Assembly: GCA_950097015.1 (NCBI GenBank)
Contig: CATNEN010000003.1
Span: 6,572,001-6,636,000, forward strand
Direction: 5' to 3'
Length of the DNA stretch: 64,000 nucleotides
DNA from: Macrostomum hystrix
Lineage: Eukaryota; Animalia; Platyhelminthes
Below, piece by piece: positions 50,322-61,039 of this stretch. The notes under the pieces are model-generated. The model saw only the letters and a list, made by a program, of their open reading frames with translations, had not been told where the DNA came from and searched no databases. The stretch's first letter is position 1, and every line of letters starts with the position of its first letter. The translations under genes and the position numbers were made by a program.

Positions 50322-53300
50322 TCATCCCGGATAATCCAGAGCGGATTGAAAGTGGCTGCCGATGCTGTTCCTGTTCGAGCTAACAGCGGCTTCGTCGTCA
50401 GATGAGCCGCTCGGTGGCTGAACCTGCAGCTGATAATTTGGCGGCGGCACCTGCGGCAGAGTCGGCGACGACTGGTGCTGCTGCTGCTGCTGCATCTTGA
50501 GAATCTGTTCCATCAGATGACGCAACTCCTGAACCTGCTGATCCAACGAAGTGAGTCGCTGCTCAACCCGATGCAGCTGAGGCTGCTGCTGTTTAGTATC
50601 GCCGGAGCTGTTAGACGATGGCTGAACAGCTTCGGCAGTTTCCGTGAAATTTCTGGCCCTATTAGCTTTGACCAGGCCAAGGTAAAGCTCGGCCCGTTTA
50701 GGTCTGAGGGCCACCGCCTGTACAGCCAGGAAGTAGACAAATTTGAGCACGATTGACTCTTTCCTGGCTCCTCGCAGACGACGGAGAACTGTGGCTCGAT
50801 GACGCGCCAGGCGGGTGTTTCTAAGAAATCGCGGCGCCCTCAGATGTCGCAGCAATAGTCCACCGGCCTGCAGGATGTTCAACGGTGGCGGCAGAGCCAG
50901 ACGACGTTGAAATTCTTCGACAGTGTAGTGACGACTGTAGTACCTGCGATGTTCATTGGTCATTTATGAGTCAGAGAATGGGTCAATGATGGGTCAGGAA
51001 GATTGAATCGAGAATACATCAAGGAATATGTAAGGAATCGGTTACGAATGGGGGTGAGTGGCAGAGTGGTTTAACACGTTTGCCTCTCGCACCAAAGTGC
51101 CTGAGCTCGATTCCGCGGCGAGGCCACATTTATCAAATACTGGGTCAAAGAAAGGGTCAAAGAATGGGTCAATGAATGGGTGAAAGAATGGGTCAAAGAT
51201 GGGTCAAGGATGAGTCAAGTATGGGTCAAAAACTGGGTCAAAGAAAGGGTAAAAAATGGGTCAATGAACGGGTCAAAGAATGGGTTTTAGAATGGGTTAA
51301 AGAATGGGTCAATGAATGGGTTAAAGAATGGGTCAATGAATGGGTTAATGAATGGGTCAAAGAGTGGGTCAATGAATGGGTCAAAGAGTGGGTCAAAGAA
51401 TTGGTCCACGAATGGGTCAATGAATGGGTCAATGAATGGGTCAAGGATGGGTCAAGGATGAGCCAAGGATGGGTCAATTGATGGGTCAATGAATGGGTCA
51501 ATGAATGGGTCAAGAAATGGTCAAGGAAGGATTAAGGATGGACTCATCCCTACTCACCACACGGAAGTGCTATTTCCATGGATCTGGTCCACAGTTTTGC
51601 TAAACAGCGCAATCAGCAGGTTCAACAGAAGCACATTGGTCACCAGAATGAACAAAAAGTTCAACGCTGTTGGCACCAATATTCGTCCAATCTCGTGCGG
51701 ACATCCCCCCTCTTCGCAGGCCAGTCCTTTGAGCTCTTCAACAAAGAACTCGCCGACCGTGATGTAGAAAGCCTTCTCGATCAGGTTGATCCAGACTCGT
51801 TGCATAGCCCAGCGACTGTTGTGAAGATCCTGGCAGGTTGTGTTTCCATCGGCCACCGGGGCGGCTTTCAACTGGAAGAAGCCGTTTGGATAGAGCAGCG
51901 ACTGCAGCGAGACGCCGAACGCGGCCATGAAGATGCCGAGTACAAGTAGGAAAGGCAGCAAATCGGTGACCAGCATTTCGCAGATCATGCGAATTTTTGG
52001 TCCGATAGCTTTGAAAATCACGGCGTAGAATAGTAGGCGACAGTACAGTAGGAACAGGCAGATGCAGTAGAGCACTCTGATCCAATAGTACCTGCTGTCA
52101 ACGAAGTCTGGTACACAGGAGAGCCGCTCAACCTGTACAGGTGGGATTTAAGTCATGTGTGCTTTTGCTGCGTGTCAGAGAAGATCGTCATGGGTGTCAG
52201 AGAAGATCGTCATGGGTGTCAGAGAAGATCGTTATGGGTGAGAGAAGATCATCATGGGTGTCAGAGAAGATCGTCATGGGTGTCAGAGAAGATCGTCATG
52301 GGTGTCAGAGAAGATCGTCGTGGGTGTCAGAGAAGATCGTCGTGGGTGTCAGAGAAGATCGTTATGGGTGTCAGAGAAGATCGTTATGGGTGTCAGAGAA
52401 GATCGTTATGGGTGTCAGAGAAGATCGTCATGGGTGTCAGAGAAGACCGTTATGGGTGTCAGAGAAGATCGTTATGGGTGTCAGAGAAGATCGTTATGGG
52501 TGTCAGAGAAGATCGTCGTGGGTGTCAGAGAAGATCGTCGTGGGTGCCAGAGAAGATCGTTATGAGTGTCAGAGAAGATCGTTATGGGTGTCAGAGAAGA
52601 TCGTTATGGGTGTCAGAGAAGATCGTCGTGGGTGTCAGAGAAGATCGTCGTGGGTGCCAGAGAAGCCGACAGCACAGCCGCAGCTATTGCGCGGCGCATC
52701 TGAAGGCTGCGTACGGCTGTTCAGTCCATGGACAGTGGGGACGCCACACCCACCCTTAATTACCCCAGCTGATGCTGGTACCCATTTAACAGCTGGGTGA
52801 ACTGAAGTAATGCAGAGTTCAATTGTCTGAAGTGTCACGAATTATACCAGGGGAATCGGGAATCGAACCCCCGACCTTCAAGTTGTGAGTCGGACGTTTT
52901 AACCACGAGGCTACAACCGCCGCAAGGATTGTAGGTTGTAGATTCTAGTGATTTCTAGCCAAGAAGAACAGCTGTCTCACCTCTTCTCCCGTAGTCAAAT
53001 CCAGTCCCAGCTTCGCAAAGAATCCCAGATAAAACAGTCCAATACTGGCCAGATCCATCACATTCCACATGTCGCCCAGGTACACCAGCACACTCTTGCA
53101 GTTCCGGCACTCGATCACTTCTTCGACAACTAGGCCGACGAACCAAACGGCAATGACAGTATCCAGGCGGTTTAGTCGCGAATGGAAGTGAAACAGCACA
53201 GTGCCAGTTAAGAGGGCCAAGAGCACCAGGTGGGACAGCAGGTGGTACTGAAACTTGACAGACGGTGAGCAGAGAAACTGGCAAAGTCGGACAACCGCTC

Positions 53301-56300
53301 GACGTACATCCGACCAGTTGTTGTTGCACGTGTCCTCGCAGTGATCGAGCTCGTCTAGCAGCTCTTCGAGGGCGTTGTTGGCGCTTCGATCGTCCAGGAT
53401 GCGACTGTTGACTCGACCGCCACTGCCGCCGCCGCCGCTCTCGGCCGAATGACGATGATCTCGATGATGATGCGGATGCCGGTGGCTGCCCAGGTTGCCG
53501 CGCGAACCACTGATGGACGGCGGATCCTCTTCGTTGCCAGCTTCGTCGTCAGAGACTTCTTCGTCGTCGATCGGTTTGAAAACTTTCTCTTCTTGCTTGT
53601 GTTGCTGATTCTGATGACGAAATGGAAAGTCGGTTATTTTAGAAAATCCTTTTGAACGAGAGAATCCCACAGAATGAAACATTGGGCCCACTAACCTCAG
53701 CCTCCGTCTCCGTCACCGTATCGACGTTCTGTCGCCGAAGTCGCTCCTCTTTCTGATGACGCCGATGCTTCATCCATAGCTCTTTGTTCTCCGCAGCCGC
53801 AGCCGCCGCAGCTCCTAGTCGACGCTCTCGTCGCTGTTCCTGACGTCGCCTGTCCAGCTTGACTACGGCGTAGAACGTCAGGACGTTCAACAGAGGCAGC
53901 AGACCAACAGCGATCAATAACTGTCTGTTGAGCGCACAAGCCGGTGTTCTCATCTTGTCCGGCCCTATCGACTCAAAATAATCGCCAAACCAGTCTTTGT
54001 CTAGAGCATCCTGGCAGCAGGCCAATGATAGAAAGTTGCCGCACTTGGCCACTGCGGCCAGGGAGACGACGCTGTGATTGCCGAACGGGGTTAGCTTGTA
54101 CCGGATGAAGTCGCACGTTACCGTCTTTCGTCTTGAGCGATCATTGATGAACACCTCCTGCAGCGCCGCCTTCAACAGCTGCTCCATGGAGTCGGCTCGT
54201 TCTTCCAGGCCTTCGCGAACACCCGTGGTGATGATTGACAGCTGACAGAGGCTGCGAAGCACTTTGACAGCGTACAGGCCCAACGGAATCGTGTCGAACT
54301 GTCGCATGCAGAGGTTCAGAAAGCTGCGCTGATACCTGCGGATATTTTTCCTTTTTTTATTTGGCTCCATAGTTGCGAATCGCTCTACTGTAAGTAGGCT
54401 AGTTAGTTTAATTGAATCGTCTCATTGAACGATAGGCACTAGAACACTCAACTAGATTAGGGGGAGATTTATTAGCCAACGTCAGTGTCTGCAGGATGTG
54501 AATCACCAATCAATAATTTGATCGTCGATATACTCGTAGAAATGAGAAATTACGGAAGTCGTGTCAATAAATCTAATCCACACAAATGACTTACTAGAAA
54601 GTCTGTACGAGAAAACAGAACCATTGTTATGTGAGTTTCACATTAGCCAACATTGTAAATATTGACTTGATCGGCGGAGTGCTTTCGGCGTGTTTATCAG
54701 ACTCATCAAAGACCAGACCTGATCAAATAGCCATTTGATCTGGCAGTGGAGAATGAACCTGCTATTTGACTTCTGGTATTAAACTACGAGGCTGTCCTTT
54801 TGTGCAGCTATTATGCTCAGAAAATATTAAAGGACTCGACAATATTGTTTATACTCACTACTCCCCTGTCTCATACCCTGACTTATTTCTCCCGTATCCC
54901 ATCTCTCCCGTGTCTCATCTTTCCCGTGTCTCATCTCTCCCCTGTCTCATCTCTCCCCTGTCTCATCTCTCCCCGGTCTTATCTCTCCCGTGTCTCATCT
55001 CTCCCCTGTCTTATCTCTCCCCTGTCTCATCTCTCCCCTGTCTCATCTCTCCCCTGTCTCATCTCTCCCGTGTCTTTACCTTCGATTATGTGTAGATGTC
55101 AGGGATCTATCTAAACGAAACAATTCAGTGTGAAAGTCGATCTAAGTTATGTGGCAATAATTAGGCCATAGTTCTCAAATTCAAAATAGAAAATCCCTCT
55201 AACTCACTTCCCAGTGACGACTGTGTACACAATGTACGTTCTTATCGGATTGAGAAAGATTCTAAACTGGTTGACCTGGCACAGCCTGACATCGGGTTCG
55301 GCAGTTTCAATGCCAGTTAGCTTGGCTAGGAAAGCTTGCAGACTGCGCCAGAATGAGGCCTCGTCAATGAAGTCCAGTTGCTCTCGGACGTATGTCCACA
55401 CGCCCTGGCCATTCTCTTCGCACTCTTTGTACAGGGTGAACAGGTAGTTTCGCTCAATTCGTTGCGTAATGTCCACCGGTGTGACGTCGCCCATGACGTG
55501 CATGAGGACTTGCATCAGGTCGAAGTTCTCGTCGATGTAGGCCTTCTTAATAAAGAGCTCCATGAATTTCTGACCAGATTCGCCCTCCATCAGCTTTCTG
55601 CTCAGGCAGAATTCCGGCATTTGACGCATTAGTTCGAGAAATTTCTTCAGATTCTGCTCGTTGATGCAATCCTCCAGTGCTTTGATGCTGAAGGCCTGGC
55701 GAACTGTCTCGCTGGTGTGATGCCGTTGAATAAGACCCAGCCGTCTGAGCTCCTGAATGATGAGCAGGAAGCTGCGGCCTGTGTTGTCAATCATCTTGAG
55801 CATCTCGAAGACGTCACGAACCAAGCAGGGCTGAGCCTTGGGCGATCCAGTTTGCTGAGGCTCTTCGCGATCCGGACAGGCGTTTTTCACGTCGTCCGGA
55901 CGACGAAAAATTCGCACCAATTTAAACTGGAAGATTCGGTGCAGCAGCAGCGCATTGTTGCTCTCCAGAAGCAGGTCAAGGGGCCGAATCTGAAATAATT
56001 TGCGTCATTTTAATTGCGTCATTTACAGTGGAACAAACAATTTTAACTGCGAAGTCACCGAGTGAATGCATGCCCAGCTGGCCTGCATCTGGCGCTGCTT
56101 GGTCTGTTTCCTCTCTGACCAGCTCGCGACCTCACCGGCCGCGCGCGTACTTTGAATGGGCTTTCTCTCCCCCGTCAGGGATGATTCATCACCTCTCTGT
56201 CCCGCGGTGGTCCTTCTTTGTTCCCTCGTTCTCTCGTCTGACGTCAGCCATAACATGTTTCATCTCACGTGACTGAGAACGCGGCCTCACCGCGTAATCG

Positions 56301-59010
56301 AGCTCAGGAACCTTGGTCTCTTTATTCGTCTTTAAAGTACACTGAAACATGTTTTCTGCACTGGGTGCTTAAATTATGAGCCAGGACCTACTTTGGAGTG
56401 ACGTTTGCGTGCCACTGACGTCAGTTGCTATTTTTAGATACCACGTGATTCAATCACGTGCTTTCTAGCTTAGCGCTGGGGGGAGGCCCTCGACTATGAA
56501 AAAGCACCACTTCTCTCACCCTCCTCACTGCACTGGTCGTCGTTATGTTTCTAGGCTGGGCCCCAAATAGATGTGGTCTCTTAACACATGCTTCTATCCT
56601 AATATTTCACCTACCTCTTTGAAGTCCGAATCGTACAAGCTGACCGAATGTCTCAGCAGGAACAGTACCGACTCGTTGAGCTCTCGTTCCACGCAGGCGT
56701 GCATCAGCGTTCGGCCGTCCGAGTCGCGCGAACCGAAGTGTCTGACGGACCAATCCGGCTCTGCCTGTAGCAGAATTTCTGCAGTTTCTGTACTCTCTAC
56801 TAGAAGAGCTCGATCGATTGGAGCTTGATTGGCGTCGTCCAGAACTGCCGCCTTTGCGCCGTGTTCCAGCAGCAGAAGCACCGTCTTCTTGCAGACCATT
56901 GTTAGTCGACCCGACGCGTAGTGAAGCGGAGTGCGACCTCTGCGAGTTGGTTTTTTAATTTAACATGTCTAGATTATCTTTGAAAAATGTTTATGACGTC
57001 GGTTCAAAGGTGGTCCATAGGTGTTTATTGGCGTACATAGGTGTCCATATTTCCTGGAGGGCTGTTGGAAATGGCACATCATTTGGTGACACTAGACCCG
57101 CAGCCAGCGAGGAGGCAATTCTGCCCACTTCGCTGACTCCTGAGCACACACGCACACAGATACCGTGAGGAGGCACACGCTCACACAGGTGTGTACATCT
57201 GCCCTGACTTTCTCATCGTCAGGCAGTGTACACTCTCACTGTGCCTTGGAGGTTGGCCCTCAAAGGCCTAAATTGCATGACAAGCCCCCAAGCCTTCTCT
57301 CCTCGGCTGCGCCCCAAATTAATGTGGCCTCGCCGCGGAATCGAGCTCAGGGACCTTGATACCTGAGTCGTAACCTATCTGCCACCCAACCATAGTTAAT
57401 TAATTTCTAGGAAACGTGTCTCAATTACTTTCTGATGAGAGTTCCTAACATCTTTCCCAAATGAAATCAATTTTTAATTTACACCGTCTGTCTAGTCTTC
57501 TTTTCAGATTGAAATGAGTCTAAACGAAATTAATCTATCACACCTGGGACTAATTCCCATATTGGGATTTAACGCCCAAGAAAGATTGAATCTCAAATCC
57601 TAAATTAATGACGACTCTGCAAATCCTATTTCAACTAGTATAGGTTGTCGGTTTTAGCCTAATGGTTCGACCATCGCTCGTAGACCATCGACCATAGACT
57701 ATTGACAGACCTTTTTGACATCTTCAGCTGTTGACTCAAGGACAAAGCCAAAAAACTGGCTGTTTGACTTACAAGAATAGACAAGAGGCACTTCTTATGG
57801 GACTGAAATTCGAAATCTGGAGGCATTGCTTGACACTGTAAAGTGCAAAAGATGATCAGCAGCAAAGGGGATCGGGTCAAACTGCCTGATGGATTAATCA
57901 ACGATTTGTTTGCGAAGCAATTTTTGGCTCTGTTGACTGATGGGATGGAATGGAAGAGCAAAAATACATCAAACGTAGAGTTCAAGGATAGAATAAACAT
58001 ACTGTACTAGAAATTTGTTTAAGCATGAGTTTGAAATTATTCACGAACTCGTATATTTTATTCCGTTGACAATATTTAAATCTGTTGAAAATCATCTACT
58101 TCATTAACAAAGGATAAATTCGTTAAATATGCTTAAATAGTCATCAAGAGTGTTAACTATAACTCCTTCCTTTAAATATGAAAAAAAATTTAAAATAACT
58201 ACGGGAAAATCGTTAACTATGGCTAATTACGTTAACTTTAGTAAATCCGTTAATTGAGGGTAAATACTTAAATTATGGATAAAACCGTTAACTATAGATA
58301 TAAACGTTAACTATGGATATAACCGTTAGCTATAGATATAAACGTTAACTTTGGATATAACCGTTAGCTATGGATATAACCGTTAACTATAGACATAAAC
58401 GTTAACTATAGGAAAATCCTTTAACTACGCGAAAATCGTTAATAATGGATAAATCCGTTAAGTATGGGTAAATCCGTTAACTATGGGTAAATCCGTTAAC
58501 TATGGGTAAATCCGTTAACTATAGGAAAATCCTTTAACTACGCGAAAATCCGTTAACTATGGGTAAATCTGTTAATCATGAGTAACTCTGTGACTATGAC
58601 TACACATAGACATCAAATGTATTAACCAACATGGTTAATTACTGTAGCTTAGGTAAATCCGTTAATTGTGGGCAAATCCACATAACTATGGATCATTCCG
58701 TAAACTTAAGTACACAGCCATTAGTAGAATATCAAGATTATCTCAACGTTCCCCAATTTGAACAGGGAATTGTTACCATGGCAACCGCTATAGCTCACTT
58801 CTTATCAGTCACATTGGGATCAGCTCCCCGTTCCACCAGCAGGTACTCCAGCAGTTGGTTGCGGCTGTGCAACGCCAGAATGTGCAGACCGCGACGTCCG
58901 CAATTGCCGCACAGGGGTCCGTCGACTCCGACGTCCTTCAACACGGCGTCGATTTCAGCTCGACTGCCGGACACAAAATTTGCAGCTCGTCGCTCGCAAT
59001 TGTTGGCCAT
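50322..59010 (-). CDS. TRPM/TRPS-like cation channel with N-terminal ankyrin repeats, ~1261 aa; complement(join(50322-50943,51558-52132,52981-53610,53696-54335,55208-55989,56615-56939,58799-59010))
   Basis: Six GT-AG introns with matching phases (2,0,2,0,0,2); 3786 nt = 1262 codons. Ankyrin motifs GADPNVTDKKGRTPLHYA and DSDGRTLMHAC; MHR4-like NPIRTYIVYTVVTGK..LGLYAVKVLRSL; FLCSPSVKF before S1; DMWNVMDL; IGPKIRMI S4-S5 linker; pore FYITVGEF; S6 NVLLLNLLIALFS; TRP helix WYYSRH..LPPPLNIL; coiled coil. An acceptor AG abuts the ATG at 59010, so upstream exons are possible. Confidence 0.88.
51049..51133 (+). mobile_element. SINE family A, tRNA-like head only
   Basis: GGGGTGAGTGGCAGAGTGGTTTAACACGTTTGCCTCTC...GAGCTCGATTCCGCGGCGAGGCCACATTTAT. 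Confidence 0.85.
51140..51540. repeat. 12 bp repeat (ATGGGTCAATGA)
   Basis: Last TRP intron. Confidence 0.9.
52172..52665. repeat. Minisatellite, 22 bp unit (GTCAGAGAAGATCGTTATGGGT)
   Basis: TRP intron 5, abutting the tail of SINE B. Confidence 0.95.
52668..52920 (-). mobile_element. tRNA-derived SINE family B with CORE-like central domain
   Basis: Minus strand: A box TAGCCTCGTGG, B box GGTTCGATTCC, then CAGTTCACCCAGCTGTTAAATGGGTACC, resembling the conserved central motif of invertebrate CORE-type SINEs. Single copy in the window. Confidence 0.8.
54865..55075. repeat. Minisatellite, 15 bp unit (TGTCTCATCTCTCCC)
   Basis: Same family as 29770-30460. Confidence 0.92.
56282..56317 (-). mobile_element. 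SINE family A B-box fragment
   Basis: Minus ACCAAGGTTCCTGAGCTCGATTACGCGGTGAGGCC matches the head of the other copies. Confidence 0.65.
57052..57391 (-). mobile_element. tRNA-derived SINE family A, longest copy (~340 nt)
   Basis: Head GGTGGCAGATAGGTTA...GAGCTCGATTCCGCGGCGAGGCCACATT, full hairpin-rich body, and 3' part shared with 3225-3465. Confidence 0.88.
58280..58600. repeat. Degenerate 19 bp repeat (CCGTTAACTATGGGTAAAT)
   Basis: TRP intron 1. Confidence 0.85.
58772..58785. promoter_or_regulatory. RFX X-box (GTTACCATGGCAAC)
   Basis: Full match to the GTNRCC-N(0-3)-RGYAAC consensus, near-palindromic, 13 nt inside the first coding intron of the TRP gene. Confidence 0.65.
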
Positions 59011-59971
59011 CTAATGAAAAATTATTCCCCCAATATAGTTAAACTGAATAAGAGCGTGTAATGAAGTATTGTAACTGCTGTTTGAGTCTGTAGAATTTAT
59101 AATTTGCTGTGTATATAAATATACACGTATTTCAGCAGCACACACACACACTTGGGGCAGGTAACCCGAAAGAAAGCACAGCGATTCGCTTGACCAATCA
59201 AATGTCAGCAGCTAATGTAGGGCATTTTTGTAAACCTACCCGATTATATTCTCGTACCTGCAGGGGACCCGGTTAAATATTAGTGAGTACGTTATTATCT
59301 TCAGCTGTTTAATTCATTCTCAATTTCAGCCTAATTTCTCACCTAAAAGCTGCTGCTATTTTATTATATTATGACCAAACAGGAAAGAGCGATTAATTAA
59401 CGCTGGTGTATATTGTGAGTTTACTACTCAACGTTTGTGTGTTCGTATAATAACGAAGAACGAATCAAAAGTATATACATAAAAATGCTTTGACCATTTA
59501 ATTATACGATTAGTTTAATCAGAAGATCAAATCAACGGAATGACAAATGAGGTCAATTATTCCTGATAAGGCAGTTGTCTTAGTTTAGACGGTATTTTAA
59601 TCTGTCAAAGGAACTGTAGTTTTTCTACACACACACACAGCGCAAACTGATAAGACTTATACGAGAATTTGTTTGAATGATTCTTTGATTTTAATTAAAT
59701 CCTACAAAGGCTGCAAATCAATAAAACCGAGAACAGTATCACCAATATAAAACTGTCAAGCCTTTGTACTTTAACCATTAACCCGCTAGCTAGGAACACA
59801 GTAAGTTTGCATGATTATATTCAGCAAAACGTTGGGGCAACGTTTCCAGTACGTAGCAAACACTTCAGAGTGATAACTCTGTGTAGCCTATTAGTTAAAC
59901 AATTTTGTTTGAATCAGTCGTCCAATTGTTAACCAATCGCCATCAAAAGTCTGAATAATGGCTCAAATTTT

Positions 59972-60073
59972 CCACTCTATCCGATGAGACAACTTTCAGA
60001 ATCACAAAACATCGGCATCGTCGAGATAGTCAACGATTCTTGACGGAGTGTCTGGTGGCAAAAAGCATCAATT
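59972..60073 (+). repeat. Unclassified dispersed repeat, copy 2
   Basis: Aligns by eye to 2068-2170. Confidence 0.7.
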
Positions 60074-61039
60074 TTTGTTATAATGATATGATTTGCAATG
60101 TTAGTTGCCCGTGTCACCAGGGTCTTCACCAATATTCGCTGAATATCTCGACGGGACCTTGTAAAGTGCACTTCATTAAAATGCCTGTAACTAGTACTTT
60201 GTACTTTTAGAGACGTTCAGAAAAGTACAAAAGAACTTTTATACGTCCAGGAAAATTTAAATGTACTTTTGAACGTTTTCAAAAACGAAAAATGTACTTT
60301 TATATGATGCTAATAGTGCAGACGTTGCATCTTTGAAGAAAAAATAACAAAAACAAAATACTAAATAGCCATATCTTTGATTGACACCTGTGTACTATTT
60401 ATTCCGGGATAACAAAGTTTTCAAATTTTGCATTTCTTTGATTAATTTAAGCTAAGCATTAACAGCACGGAGAAATAGAATGTGATTGAACATGTCAAAG
60501 TTAGACATAAACAATGACTCGAAATTTGAGAGCGTAGCTTCTAAAAGCATTTTTTTCGTTTTCTCTACATTAAAAAGCAAACAAACAACAATAGCATAAA
60601 CAACAACAGCAACAAACAAGCAAACAAACAAACTGTGACTAAAAATGATAACTAGCCGGGTGCAGAGAATAGCATAGACAATAGCCCATAGGAGCAGGCT
60701 ACAATATTCAGAAGAAAAAATTATACAGGATCTTATTTTCTGCGAAAACCATTGACACCACAACAATTTAATTATTCTCTAACAAAACTCTAACCTTATT
60801 AATTAAAAAGTTAAAATAAAAAAATTCGACAGGTTATTAAACTTTATTAATAAATTAATAAACTGACAGAGTTACATTGTGCATACTTTTTGGCACACAC
60901 ATAAACACACATTACATTAGCAGATACATTGTTTGATGTGTAACACCGACATTTTAGAACATCAAGATTGATACCTTTATTAATGCTTGAATAGTGATTA
61001 ATAGTAGTCTAGAGTCTGTAGATGAATTAAACAGCCGTA

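Noticed and set aside
6638-52800. Many long ORFs in the track (e.g. 7288-9519, 9936-11006, 17790-18953, 19933-20967, 29782-32177, 41021-41959, 52141-52800)
   Set aside because: They are translations of minisatellites that lack stop codons, are open in several frames and are mostly intronic or intergenic.
57209-57222. Hammerhead-like CUGACGA..GAAA on the minus strand of SINE A
   Set aside because: Only 3 nt between the core motifs (no stem II), no stem III with an NUH site, and the bases sit in a simple hairpin.
60198-60231. 11-bp inverted repeat TTTGTACTTTT/AAAAGTACAAA
   Set aside because: Low complexity; probably a decayed transposon subterminal motif with nothing else to support a call.
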